DNA from: Acidimicrobiales bacterium
GTDB lineage: Bacteria; Actinomycetota; Acidimicrobiia; Acidimicrobiales; Bog-793
Direction: 5' to 3'
NCBI GenBank assembly: GCA_052148655.1
Contig: JBKQHU010000134.1
Coordinates: forward strand, 1,442 to 65,441
DNA length: 64,000 bases
A program made the position numbers and the translations under genes. Positions 46,335 through 55,880 of the stretch are shown in pieces; positions within the stretch are counted from its first letter, which is position 1; every line of letters starts with the position of its first letter. Under the pieces are notes generated by a model, which was given only the letters and a program-made list of their open reading frames with translations, was not told the origin of the DNA and made no database searches.

Positions 46335-47638
46335 GCCGGCTCTTCGCGATCGGGAGGCGCACCTTTTCGTCCCTGTCGGTCGCGAACTACAGGCGGTACT
46401 TCTTCGGCCAGTCGGTCTCGCTCGTGGGGACCTGGATGCAAACGGTCGCCCAGTCGTGGCTCGTCTACACGCTGACGCACTCCGCCACGGCGCTCGGGTT
46501 CGTCGTCGCCCTGCAGACACTGCCGGTGCTCGTCCTCGGGGCCTATGGCGGCGTCATCGCCGACCGGGTCGACAAGCGCCGGCTGATGATCGTGCTGCAG
46601 TCGCTCATGGGCCTGCAGGCTCTCGTGCTCGGCCTGCTCGCCGTCACACATGTGGTCCGCTTCTGGGAGCTGTGCGTCCTCGCTGTCGTGCTAGGCCTCA
46701 ACAACACCTTCGAGAACCCGGCGCGCCAGTCCTTCGTGCTCGAGATGGTGGGCCCCACCGAGCTCCGCAACGCTGTGAGCCTCAACTCGACGATGGTGAA
46801 CGTGGCCCGCGCGATCGGCCCGGCCATCGCCGGGCTTCTCATCGCCGGCGTCGGCGAGGGTGTCTGCTTCCTGGTCAATGCCTTGAGCTTTGTTGCGGTC
46901 GTCTACTCGCTCGTGTCCATGGACACCGGCGCATTGAGCCCGACCGAGCCGACCGGCCGCGCCAAGGGCCAGCTGCGGGAGGGATTCCGCTACGTCAAAG
47001 GCGAGCCGCGACTCGGCGTCCCCCTCCTCATGATGGTGATCGTCGGCATGCTCGCCTACGAATTCCAGGTCACCTTGCCGGTGGTCGCCAAGCAGACCTT
47101 CCACGGGGGTTCGGCGACCTACGGCTTCCTCACGGCCGCCATGGGTATCGGGGCGGTGCTCGGTGGTCTCGTGACGGCGGCCCGCGGCCGCACCGGGCTG
47201 CGGCACTTCACGTTGGCCGGCGCGGCGTTCGGGGTAGCCATAGGCCTCGCCGCCCTGGCGCCGGTGCTGGGCGCCGAGCTCGTCGCGCTGGCAGCGGTCG
47301 GGTGGGCGAGCGTGACGTTCATCGCGACGGGGAACACCACCTTGCAACTGCATGCCGAGCCGACCATGCGCGGACGTGTGATGTCGTTGTGGGCGGTCGC
47401 CTTCATGGGAACGACTCCTGTCGGAGGTCCTCTGATCGGATGGGTCATCGCCATGGCGAGCGCGCGGGTCGGTCTCGGCGTGGGCGCGGTCGCCTGCCTT
47501 GTGGCCGCGGGCATCGGGCTGATTGCCATGGCCAAGCTCGGCCTTCTGCATGGGCCGGGCCGAGGTGGTCGGAAAGCCGCGGACGGCGAGGGGCGAATCG
47601 CGGGGGCACATCTCGGACTTGTCGCCGACCCGGACTGA
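46331..47638 (+). CDS. MFS transporter (EntS/MFS_3-like)
   Basis: NYRRYFFGQSVSLVGTWMQTVAQSWLVY...DRVDKRRLM...; about 12 TM helices. ATGA overlap with marR. Confidence 0.85.
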   Translation: MSRLFAIGRRTFSSLSVANYRRYFFGQSVSLVGTWMQTVAQSWLVYTLTHSATALGFVVALQTLPVLVLGAYGGVIADRVDKRRLMIVLQSLMGLQALVLGLLAVTHVVRFWELCVLAVVLGLNNTFENPARQSFVLEMVGPTELRNAVSLNSTMVNVARAIGPAIAGLLIAGVGEGVCFLVNALSFVAVVYSLVSMDTGALSPTEPTGRAKGQLREGFRYVKGEPRLGVPLLMMVIVGMLAYEFQVTLPVVAKQTFHGGSATYGFLTAAMGIGAVLGGLVTAARGRTGLRHFTLAGAAFGVAIGLAALAPVLGAELVALAAVGWASVTFIATGNTTLQLHAEPTMRGRVMSLWAVAFMGTTPVGGPLIGWVIAMASARVGLGVGAVACLVAAGIGLIAMAKLGLLHGPGRGGRKAADGEGRIAGAHLGLVADPD

Positions 47639-47692
47639 GGCCGCGTCCCGGGGATCGTGGCGCGGGCGGCGCCCGAGGACCAGGATGAGGGA

Positions 47693-48478
47693 ATGGCTGA
47701 CAACGACAAGTACGACAAGGCCCTTCTCCGACTTCAGACCGAGTTGGTGGGCATGCAGCAGTGGGTTCGCGAAGAAGGCAAACGGGTGGTCATCGTCGTG
47801 GAGGGCCGCGACGCCGCGGGAAAGGGCGGGGTGATCAAACGGATCACCGAGCACTTGAATCCCCGCTGGTGCCGCATTGCGGCGCTTCCCGCACCGAGCG
47901 ACCGCGAGAAGACCGAGTGGTACTTCCAGCGTTACATCGCCAACCTCCCCGCCGGGGGTGAGATCGTGCTGTTCGACCGCAGCTGGTACAACCGGGCCGG
48001 GGTCGAGCGGGTCATGGGGTTCTGCACCGAGGAGGAGTACCACCGCTTCTTCCGCCAGTGCCCTGCCTTCGAGCGCATGCTCATCGACGACGGCATCATC
48101 CTGGTCAAGTACTGGTTCTCCGTGAGCGACGAGGAGCAGGAGCGAAGGTTCAAGGACCGCCTCAACGATCCCCTCAAGCGGTGGAAGCTGAGCGACATGG
48201 ACCTGGAGGGTCGCAAGCGGTGGGTCCAGTACTCGAAGGCGAAAGACGAGATGTTCGCCCACTGCGACCTGCCGGACTCGCCCTGGTACGAGGTCGAGGC
48301 CGATGACAAGAAGCGGGCCCGGCTCAACTGCATCGCCCACCTGTTGTCGATGATCCCCTACGAGGAGCGCAGGCTGCCCAAGCCCAAGCTGGCCGCGCGG
48401 ACGCCGGTGGGCAGCTACCAGCGGCCGCCCCGGGACCGGTACCGCTACGTGCCCGACTACGCGGCGACGATCACCTGA
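47693..48478 (+). CDS. ppk2: Polyphosphate kinase 2
   Basis: [20 protein letters not shown]...[40 protein letters not shown]...[10 protein letters not shown]. Alternative start at 47657. Confidence 0.9.
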   Translation: MADNDKYDKALLRLQTELVGMQQWVREEGKRVVIVVEGRDAAGKGGVIKRITEHLNPRWCRIAALPAPSDREKTEWYFQRYIANLPAGGEIVLFDRSWYNRAGVERVMGFCTEEEYHRFFRQCPAFERMLIDDGIILVKYWFSVSDEEQERRFKDRLNDPLKRWKLSDMDLEGRKRWVQYSKAKDEMFAHCDLPDSPWYEVEADDKKRARLNCIAHLLSMIPYEERRLPKPKLAARTPVGSYQRPPRDRYRYVPDYAATIT

Positions 48479-48513
48479 CCAATCAGCCTGCCGGGGCTTC
48501 CTATAGTGGCTCC

Positions 48514-48963
48514 ATGCCCCTCCAAGGAGAGTACGAGCCGAGCCCGCAGGCCTGGGTCCGGGAACAGGTGGCCGAGTACGAGAGCTCGGGAGGTCGGCGG
48601 GCCAACACACTTCGCGACACCGGGCTCCCGGTGATCATCGTGACCACGAAAGGCAACAAGAGCGGAAAGATCCGCAAGTTCGCCCTCATGCGCGTCGAGC
48701 ACGACGGGCAGTACGCCCTCGTCGCCTCCAAGGGAGGGGCTCCCACGCACCCGGTGTGGTATTACAACCTGATCGCCGACCCCCAGGCCGTGACGCTCCA
48801 GGACGGCCCGGAGCCTTTCGACGTGGTCGTCCGGCAGGTGAGCGGTGACGAGAGGGCGACGTGGTGGGCACGCGCGGTCGCCGCCTACCCGCCCTATGCC
48901 GAGTACCAGACCAAGACGGACCGGAAGATCCCTGTCCTGGTCGCCACGCGCAAGCGCCCCTAG
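48514..48963 (+). CDS. Deazaflavin (F420)-dependent nitroreductase-family oxidoreductase (DUF385 type)
   Basis: [50 protein letters not shown]...[16 protein letters not shown]. Confidence 0.8.
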   Translation: MPLQGEYEPSPQAWVREQVAEYESSGGRRANTLRDTGLPVIIVTTKGNKSGKIRKFALMRVEHDGQYALVASKGGAPTHPVWYYNLIADPQAVTLQDGPEPFDVVVRQVSGDERATWWARAVAAYPPYAEYQTKTDRKIPVLVATRKRP

Positions 48964-48986
48964 GCCGAGCCCGCGGGTACCGAGAT

Positions 48987-49029
48987 CACCCGGGACAACC
49001 GCCCGTGTCGACGGGGGCGGTCCCGGGTG
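48987..49029. terminator. Strong composite hairpin between convergent genes (9 + 6 bp with a 3-nt bulge)
   Basis: CACCCGGGA(48987-95)/TCCCGGGTG(49021-29) encloses CCGCCC(48999-49004)/GGGCGG(49015-20). No U-tract. Confidence 0.45.
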
Positions 49030-49061
49030 GCGCGAGCCGGCGACGGCTCAGGTCGCTCGGC

Positions 49062-51002
49062 TCAGTGAGAGTGGCCCAGGCGGTTGCCGTGACCGGGAGC
49101 GATAGAGACCGCGGGCAGGATCGTCACCGCGCTCGCCGCCAGCACACCGGAGGACTCGGTGCCGACCGCCTCGACGTGGCCGCCGACGCAGACATTGAGG
49201 AAGGTTGCCGGCGTGGGCGTCGCTCCGGTGGCGTCCGTGAAGGTCGTCGTCACGGCGACGTCAACAGTCGTGAGCAGTCGCGTGGGAATGGCGGGCAGCG
49301 GTAGGGGCAGGATGCCTATGGGCGGGACGCCGACCAGCGTGAAGCTCCCCGCTGAGCCGGTGGCGCCACAGGAGCCCGCAGTCGTGGCCGTGGTGCCCCC
49401 CACCGTGACCGACGTCACGATCCCTTGGGCCTCGGCGGGCACGATCGTCACCAGGGTGGCGTCCAACGCACCGGAGGAGAGCAGGCCGAGAGCGGTGACC
49501 TGGCCACCGACGCAGACGTCGCCGAAGGTCGCCGACGTGGGTGGGGTGAGGGCGGCATCGGTGAAAGCCGTCCCCCCCGTGCCCGAGGTGACGTCAACAG
49601 TCGTGAGACGCTGCAGGGCGGCGGTAGCGACGGGAAGGGCCAAGAAGCCGCCCACCGTGAAGCTGCCCGGGGAGCCGGCGGTGCCACAGGCGCCCGATGT
49701 AGTGATCGTGCTGCCGCCCACGGTCACGGACGTGACGGTCCCTTGCGCCTGGGCAGGCACGATCGTCACCAGGGTGGCAGCCAGCGCACCCGAGGAAAGG
49801 GTGCCGAGAGCGGTGACCTGGCTACCCACGCACAAGTCCGCGAATGTCGCCGAGGTGGGCGGGGTGAGGGCGGCGTCCGAGAAGATCGTCGTCGAGGCGA
49901 CGTCGACCGCCGTGACGAACCTCGGGGCGGCGGTGGCCCCCGGAAGGGGCCAGAAGCCACCCAGCGTGAAGCTGCCCGCTGACGTCGCGCTGCCACAGGA
50001 GCCTGCGGTCGTGACCGTGGTGGTCCCCACCGTCACAGAGGCGACCTTACCCGTCGCCTGGGCCGGCACGATCGTCACCAGGGTCGCGACCAGCGGGTCC
50101 GACGAACCGGTGCCGAGAGCGCCGACCTGGCTGCCTACGCAGACATCGCCGAAGGTCGCCGACGTGGGTGGGGTGAGGGCGGCGTCGGTGAAGGTTACTC
50201 CCGATGCGACCTCGACGGTCACGATGGCGTGGTGCCTGGCCGCGAGCGTGAAGCCGCCCGGGAGGCCTGAGCCGCAGGTGCCCGCGGTCGTAACGCTGTT
50301 CACGGAGGTGACGGTCCCCTGGGCCTGGACGGGCACGATCGTCACCGCGGTCGCCGTCAGCGCAGCCGAGGAAAGGGTGCCGAGAACGTCGACCTGGCCG
50401 CCGACGCAGACGTCGGTGAAGGTCGCCGACGTCGGCGGGGTGAGGGCGGCGTCGGTGAAGGTTATTCCCGATGCGACCTCGACCGTCACGATCTCACGGT
50501 GCCTGGATACCAGCGTGAAGCTGCTCGGGAGGCTTGTGCCGCAGGTGCCCGCGGTCGTAACGCCGCCCACGGATGTGACGATCCCTTGCGCCTTGGCGGG
50601 CACGATCGTGACGGCGGTCGCCGCCAGCGCCCCGGAGGAGACAGTGCCCGAGACCTGGACCTGGTCACCGACGCAGACGTTGGCGTAGGTGGCCGACGTC
50701 GGCGGGGTGAGGGCGGCGTCGGTGTAGGTCGTTGTCGAGGCGAGGTTCACGGTCACGATGCCCTGGCGGATGCGACCGACGATGGTGAAGGTGCCCGTGT
50801 CCGAGCTGACGCACGTCCCCACGGCGGCGTCGCTGCCGTTGACGGAGGTGACCACTTCCTGGACGACGCCGCCGGGTTGGTGCGGGGGACGGGCCCGGCT
50901 CGCGGATGCGGCGCCGGCAGCTACCACCGACCCTGCGAGAATCACGACCAGCGCTGCGGGCAGAATTGCCCCGAGCTGCAGTTTTCTCGGCTTGCTCATC
51001 AT
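49062..51002 (-). CDS. Secreted protein built from six DUF5666-like repeats, each with a conserved Cys pair; His-rich C-terminus
   Basis: Signal/anchor LGAILPAALVVILAGSVVAAGAASA. The repeat pattern is QG.VTSV..TTAG.CG...FTL....VTV.VAS..TFTDAALTPPTSATF.DVCVG.QV..LG.LSS.AL.AT.VTIVPAQA, seen six times. The protein ends in GHGNRLGHSH. Confidence 0.75.
   Translation of the reverse strand: MMSKPRKLQLGAILPAALVVILAGSVVAAGAASASRARPPHQPGGVVQEVVTSVNGSDAAVGTCVSSDTGTFTIVGRIRQGIVTVNLASTTTYTDAALTPPTSATYANVCVGDQVQVSGTVSSGALAATAVTIVPAKAQGIVTSVGGVTTAGTCGTSLPSSFTLVSRHREIVTVEVASGITFTDAALTPPTSATFTDVCVGGQVDVLGTLSSAALTATAVTIVPVQAQGTVTSVNSVTTAGTCGSGLPGGFTLAARHHAIVTVEVASGVTFTDAALTPPTSATFGDVCVGSQVGALGTGSSDPLVATLVTIVPAQATGKVASVTVGTTTVTTAGSCGSATSAGSFTLGGFWPLPGATAAPRFVTAVDVASTTIFSDAALTPPTSATFADLCVGSQVTALGTLSSGALAATLVTIVPAQAQGTVTSVTVGGSTITTSGACGTAGSPGSFTVGGFLALPVATAALQRLTTVDVTSGTGGTAFTDAALTPPTSATFGDVCVGGQVTALGLLSSGALDATLVTIVPAEAQGIVTSVTVGGTTATTAGSCGATGSAGSFTLVGVPPIGILPLPLPAIPTRLLTTVDVAVTTTFTDATGATPTPATFLNVCVGGHVEAVGTESSGVLAASAVTILPAVSIAPGHGNRLGHSH
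49130..50830 (-). repeat. Intragenic approximately 270-310-bp repeats (six units) of the DUF5666-like gene
   Basis: The DNA encoding TDAALTPPTSATF recurs five times with high identity; the sixth unit carries a diverged TDATGATPTPATF. Confidence 0.7.
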
Positions 51003-51244
51003 GTGCGGCCTCCTTTTCGGGAGCGCGCAAAAACGCCCTCGCTAATTCCAGTTTATCGGTAGGAGGGGCGGATGGATTTAGCGCGGCTTGCGACGCTGGC
51101 CCGAGGCCCGTTGCCGGGGCCGGGTGACGAGGCCGTGAGGGCCCGACTGCGGTGGAGCAAGTCGACGTGCGGTGGAACTAAGGTCAACCCGGGACCGCCT
51201 GGTGCGGTTCGCGATCGACGAAGGTTACGGAGGCTGGGCCGGAC

Positions 51245-52264
51245 ATGCCGACAATCCAAGCCCGGGGGTTGACGAAGCGTTTCGGAGCGGACGTCGTGGC
51301 TGTCGACCACCTCGACTTCGACGCCATCCCGGGTGGGGTCACCGGTTTCCTCGGGCCCAACGGCGCCGGCAAGACCACCACGCTTCGGATGCTGCTGGGG
51401 CTCGTGACCCCGACGTCGGGCTCGGTGCTCATCGACGGGCATCGCTATCGCGACCTCCCCAACCCCACCAAGCGGGTGGGCGCGGTGCTGGAGGCGTCCG
51501 GGTTCCACCCGGCCCGGACGGCGCGCAACCACCTGAAGGTGATCGCAGAGGTGGCAGGACTTCCCTTCAGCCGGGTGGATGAGTGCCTGGACCTCGTCGG
51601 GCTGTCCGAAGTCGGGGGCCGGACCGTCGGTGGGTTCTCATTGGGCATGCGCCAGCGCCTCGAGCTCGCCCGCGCCATGTTGGGCGAGCCCGACATCCTC
51701 GTTCTCGACGAACCGGCCAATGGTCTCGACCCCCAGGGCATCGCCTGGCTGAGGGATTTCCTCAGGCTCTACGCCTCCGAGGGCGCGAGCCAAGGCGGTG
51801 GTGGCCGCATCGTGATCGTGTCGTCGCACCTTTTGTCCGAGGCGCAGTTGATCGTGGACGATGTCATCGTCCTCACTGGCGGCCGGCTCGCGGCCCAAGG
51901 GAGACTGCAGGACCTGCTCGCCGGCTCCAAGCGATCCGTAAGGGTGCGCACGCCTGACGCCGCCCGCCTCGTGCAGGCCTTGCACGACGCCAAGCTGCCT
52001 GCTGTGGAGCGCGACGGCTATGTCGTGTGCGAGGGGGGCACACCGGAAACGGTGGGCCCGATAATGGTCGAGAACCGTATTGAGGTGCACGAGATGGGCT
52101 CGTCCACCGAATCGCTCGAATCGCTCTTTTTCGCATTGACAGGGGGCGAGAGCATTCAGCTCGGGCACGCTCCGGCCCAGGTCGGTGACTACCGGCGATT
52201 CGGCGACGGCCGGCCGCCCTCGACGGTGCCCTCCAGCTCGGCCGGGCCTGCGGGAGGTCAGTGA
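51245..52264 (+). CDS. ABC transporter ATP-binding protein (ABC-2/DrrA-like)
   Basis: GFLGPNGAGKTTTLRML (Walker A), FSLGMRQRLELARAML (signature), ILVLDEPANGLD (Walker B). Confidence 0.9.
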   Translation: MPTIQARGLTKRFGADVVAVDHLDFDAIPGGVTGFLGPNGAGKTTTLRMLLGLVTPTSGSVLIDGHRYRDLPNPTKRVGAVLEASGFHPARTARNHLKVIAEVAGLPFSRVDECLDLVGLSEVGGRTVGGFSLGMRQRLELARAMLGEPDILVLDEPANGLDPQGIAWLRDFLRLYASEGASQGGGGRIVIVSSHLLSEAQLIVDDVIVLTGGRLAAQGRLQDLLAGSKRSVRVRTPDAARLVQALHDAKLPAVERDGYVVCEGGTPETVGPIMVENRIEVHEMGSSTESLESLFFALTGGESIQLGHAPAQVGDYRRFGDGRPPSTVPSSSAGPAGGQ

Positions 52265-53124
52265 TGGTGAGGCTGCTCAACGCCGAGCTCCGCAAACTCT
52301 GGACGATCTGGTCGACCTATGCGATCTTCGCCATCCTGGTCGTGATCGACCTCGCCTTCGGCTTCGGGCTCGCCCTGGCCCCCGGAGGCCGGCACGGGGG
52401 CAAAGCCGGCGTCGTCCCCCACGGCTCCTCCCAGTGGTTCGTGAACGTGTTCTCGGTGCTCGACGTTTCACGGCTGCTCGGACTGGTTCTCGGGGTTCTC
52501 ATCATCACCGGTGAGTACCGGCACAAGACGGTGACCCCGACCTTCCTGGCCGAACCGCGTCGGGGTCGCGTCGTCATGGCGAAGTCCGGGATCGGGTTCG
52601 GGGCCGGCGTGCTTTTGGGCGCGCTCACCATGGTGACGGGGCTCATCCTCGGGCTGGTCCTCGTCAGCCTGAGGGTGCACTCCTGCCTGAGCCTGGGCGG
52701 TGCGGCGCAGGGGATGTCGCAGGCGGTGTGCAGCGCCCAGCACGGGGTCTACTACGTTGCGACGACCCACAACATGTGGCACGAATGGTCGAGGATCGCC
52801 CCTGGTGTAGTGCTCGGGACCGGCCTGTTCGCCATCTACGGCCTCGGGCTCGGTGCGCTGTTGAAGAACCAGATCGTCGCCATCGTCGTGGGCCTGGTCT
52901 TCACCTTGGTGGTGGAGTCGATCATCGGCGCCATCTGGCCGAGCATCGGCGAGTACCTCCCCGGGCAGGCGGCCACGGCGCTCGAAGATGCCGCCCGGAC
53001 CAACTTCGGCGGCGGCACGACCGAGCTCCTGCCATGGTGGGGCGGTGCGATCATGCTGCTCGTCTACGGCATCGCGCTCGCTTTTGTGGGCACATTCACG
53101 ACGCTGCGCTCCGACATCACCTGA
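52261..53124 (+). CDS. ABC-2 family transporter permease
   Basis: Six predicted TM helices. LNAELRKLWTIWSTY N-terminus and ITGEYRHKT motif. GTGA overlap with the ATPase gene. Confidence 0.8.
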   Translation: MMVRLLNAELRKLWTIWSTYAIFAILVVIDLAFGFGLALAPGGRHGGKAGVVPHGSSQWFVNVFSVLDVSRLLGLVLGVLIITGEYRHKTVTPTFLAEPRRGRVVMAKSGIGFGAGVLLGALTMVTGLILGLVLVSLRVHSCLSLGGAAQGMSQAVCSAQHGVYYVATTHNMWHEWSRIAPGVVLGTGLFAIYGLGLGALLKNQIVAIVVGLVFTLVVESIIGAIWPSIGEYLPGQAATALEDAARTNFGGGTTELLPWWGGAIMLLVYGIALAFVGTFTTLRSDIT

Positions 53125-53376
53125 GCGGCCGGGCCGTGTCGCGAGCAGGCTCGCCCGCCTGTGACCAGCTCTCCAAGCGGTGCCCGGCGCGTAGGCAGGT
53201 CCAGGTCGCCCACGCGTGAGGCGCTTCTCCGCCGCCTTCAAGACGGGTGCTGAGCGAGACAGGAAGTGACTTCCGTTCACGAGCCGGGGCCGTCCGCGAT
53301 CCCGGCCCCCGCTCGTCGGTGTCCTCCGCACCGGGATCGGTCGGAGGGTCATGTTCGGCCTGGTCGGAAAGGACGG

Positions 53377-54262
53377 ATGGCGATGAACCTGAGGATCCGT
53401 GAGGGCATGCTCGAAATCCCTGACGGCCGCGTCTGGTACCGAAGCGCGGTGATGGCGGCGTGCCCCTGTTGTGCCTTCACGGCGGCCCGGGCATGACGCA
53501 CAACTACATCGACCCGCTCGAGGACCTGGGGGACCCCAGGTGATCTTCTACGACCAGCTCGGCTGCGGCCGTTCCGACAGGCCGGACGACACTTCGCTGT
53601 GGACCGTGGAGCACTTCGTCCGTGAGCTCGGGGCGGTGCGCGGCGCGCTCGGGCTCGACCATTTCCACATCTTCGGCAGCTCGTGGGGCGGCATGCTGGC
53701 ACTGCAGTACATCTTCGACTACCGGCCGGCGTCGGTGGCCAGTCTGCTCATGGCCGGCAGCCCGGCGAGCATGCCGCGCTCGGTGGCGGGCTGTCAGGAG
53801 TTGTTGGCGGAGCTGCCCGCCGAGGTCCGTGAGGTGATCGAACGCCACGAGGCTCGGGGCTTCACCTCGTGCCCGGAGTACGTGGCGGCCGTGAGCGTCT
53901 TCTACCGCCAGCACCTGTGCCGCCTGCAGCCGTGGCCGGACGGCCTGGAGCGCACCTTCGCCGAGATGAGCGCAGTGGTCTACGAGACGATGAACGGGCC
54001 GAGCGAGTTCACCGTGACGGGCCGCATCCGCGACTGGGACGTGTTCGACCGGCTCAAGGACATAAAGGTGCTGACGCTGGTGATGGGCGGGCGCTACGAC
54101 GAGATCCGGGTGGATCACCTCACCGACATCCACAAAGCCGTCGCCTCATCTGAGCTGGTGATCTTCGAGAACAGCGGCCACACGCCCTTTCATGACGAGC
54201 GTGAGGCGTTCATGGCGAGAGTGAACGAGTTCCTCGACCGGGTGGAGCACCTGGCGCGCTGA
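53377..54262 (+). pseudogene. Proline iminopeptidase-family alpha/beta hydrolase, interrupted by two -1 frameshifts (about 53448 and 53540)
   Basis: Three consecutive frames read MAMNLRIREGMLEIPDGRVWYRSA | GDGGVPLLCLHGGPGMTHNYIDPLEDLGDPR | VIFYDQLGCGRSDRPDD...HIFGSSWGGMLALQY...FENSGHTPFHDE. Confidence 0.8.
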
Positions 54263-54285
54263 GCCGCGCCTGGGCGCCGCCGCGC

Positions 54286-55089
54286 TTAGCGGCGGCGGCC
54301 AACGACGAAGGCCGTTGCGCCGGCGCCGGCGAGGGTCCAGGCCGCAAGCACCACGAACGAGGTTGTCGCGTGGGCGACGATGCCGAAGGTGAGGCCCGCC
54401 CGGATGACCACGGCCATGTTGTAGAAGGGCAGGAAGTAGTGGACCGAGGCGAACCAGGCGGGGAGCTGCGACGCCGGGTAGACGATGGGGGAGAACAGGA
54501 GCACGACGAACATCAGCGCATTGGTGATGACGTTGGTCACCATGGGGTTCGCGATGGCCATCGCCATGCCGTAACCGACCGTGATAGCCATCAGCGCGCA
54601 GAGAAGGACTGCCGGGGCGAGCAGCGGTGAGGGCGCGAGGTGGACGTCGTAGCGCCATGCCGCCACGATGAGGGCGAGCACCGAGCCCGGGAGGGCGAAA
54701 AGAGTGAAGAGCGTGAAGGTGGAGGCGGCCTGGGCGCTGCGCGGGGCGGGCAACGACCAGATGTAGTCGAACGTCCCCTCCAGCTTCTGCTCGGCGACGG
54801 TGCCCGGGAGCATCACGAAACCGACCGGTATGAGTGCCAGGGTGGGTGCACCCGTCGTGATGTAAAGGGCCCTCATGGCTGTGACGTGAGGGTAGAAGAA
54901 ACCGTACAAAAGGGCCATGCCCGCGCCCATGAAGGCCTGGATGACGATCATCATCGGCACCCACTGGCGCACGCGGCCGTAGTCGAAGCGCATCATGGAG
55001 GCCAGGCTGGCGACCCAGTAGCCGATGCCGGACCGTAGCTCGGACGGCGGGTCGTGCCTCGGGCGGGTCTCGGCGACGACGGTGGTCAC
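54286..55089 (-). CDS. ABC-2 type transporter permease
   Basis: GTG 55089 forms a GTGA overlap with the upstream permease gene. Six TM helices; FLPFYNMAVVIRAGL near the C-terminus. Confidence 0.8.
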   Translation of the reverse strand: MTTVVAETRPRHDPPSELRSGIGYWVASLASMMRFDYGRVRQWVPMMIVIQAFMGAGMALLYGFFYPHVTAMRALYITTGAPTLALIPVGFVMLPGTVAEQKLEGTFDYIWSLPAPRSAQAASTFTLFTLFALPGSVLALIVAAWRYDVHLAPSPLLAPAVLLCALMAITVGYGMAMAIANPMVTNVITNALMFVVLLFSPIVYPASQLPAWFASVHYFLPFYNMAVVIRAGLTFGIVAHATTSFVVLAAWTLAGAGATAFVVGRRR

Positions 55090-55880
55090 GGTCGCCGCCC
55101 GAGCGCCCGGCCGGCAAGTGCGGCACAGACGATCGTCCACACGCACAGCACGACATAGCCGGACAGGACCGCCGCGTGGCCACCCGGTGTGAGAGCGGCC
55201 CGGGTGACAACGGCCATGTGACGGAAGGGGAGCCACCAGTTGACCGTGGCGAGCCAACGTGGCATCTGGGAGACCGGGTAGAGCACGGGAGCGAAACCGA
55301 AGACGATGAAGACCAGGAGCTGGGTGATCATCCTCGTCGCCATGGGGCTCGATATGGCGTGCCCGAGGGCGTAGCCGAGCATCGTGCCGGCAAAAGAGGT
55401 GAGAAGCACGGCAGGCACGATCATCGCTGAGACGTGCAGGGGGAGGTCGTAGCGCAACTGGGCCACGACAAGGGCGACGACCATCGCCGGCACGCCGCCC
55501 AAGAGGCAGACCGTGTACCAGGCGGCTGCGGACACCGAGCGGCTGACCGGCATCGAGCGCATGTACTCGTAACTGCCGTTGGACCGCTGGTCGGCCACGA
55601 TCTGGGGCCCGAGGATCATCCCGACCGTGAGCAGGTTGATGACGGGCACGCCCGTGGACACGAACAGGGCAGCTGTCGTCGGGATGTGTGCGAACAGCAG
55701 GGAGATCCCGAGCACGAAGCCCACCCCCGCCAGCAGCTGCACGATCGTGAGCAACACGAGCCACATGCGCAGGCTCGCAAGGTGCCAGCGGACCATCACC
55801 GTGTAGGCGTGCACCCAGTGCTGCGGCCCCGTCTCGACGGTGCCATGAGGGACGAGGATCGCGGCGGGGGCCTCAGCCAC
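55086..55880 (-). CDS. ABC-2 type transporter permease (paralog of the downstream gene)
   Basis: Same topology and the matching C-terminal motif WLPFRHMAVVTRAAL. Overlaps the ATPase gene by 8 nt. Confidence 0.8.
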   Translation of the reverse strand: MAEAPAAILVPHGTVETGPQHWVHAYTVMVRWHLASLRMWLVLLTIVQLLAGVGFVLGISLLFAHIPTTAALFVSTGVPVINLLTVGMILGPQIVADQRSNGSYEYMRSMPVSRSVSAAAWYTVCLLGGVPAMVVALVVAQLRYDLPLHVSAMIVPAVLLTSFAGTMLGYALGHAISSPMATRMITQLLVFIVFGFAPVLYPVSQMPRWLATVNWWLPFRHMAVVTRAALTPGGHAAVLSGYVVLCVWTIVCAALAGRALGRRP

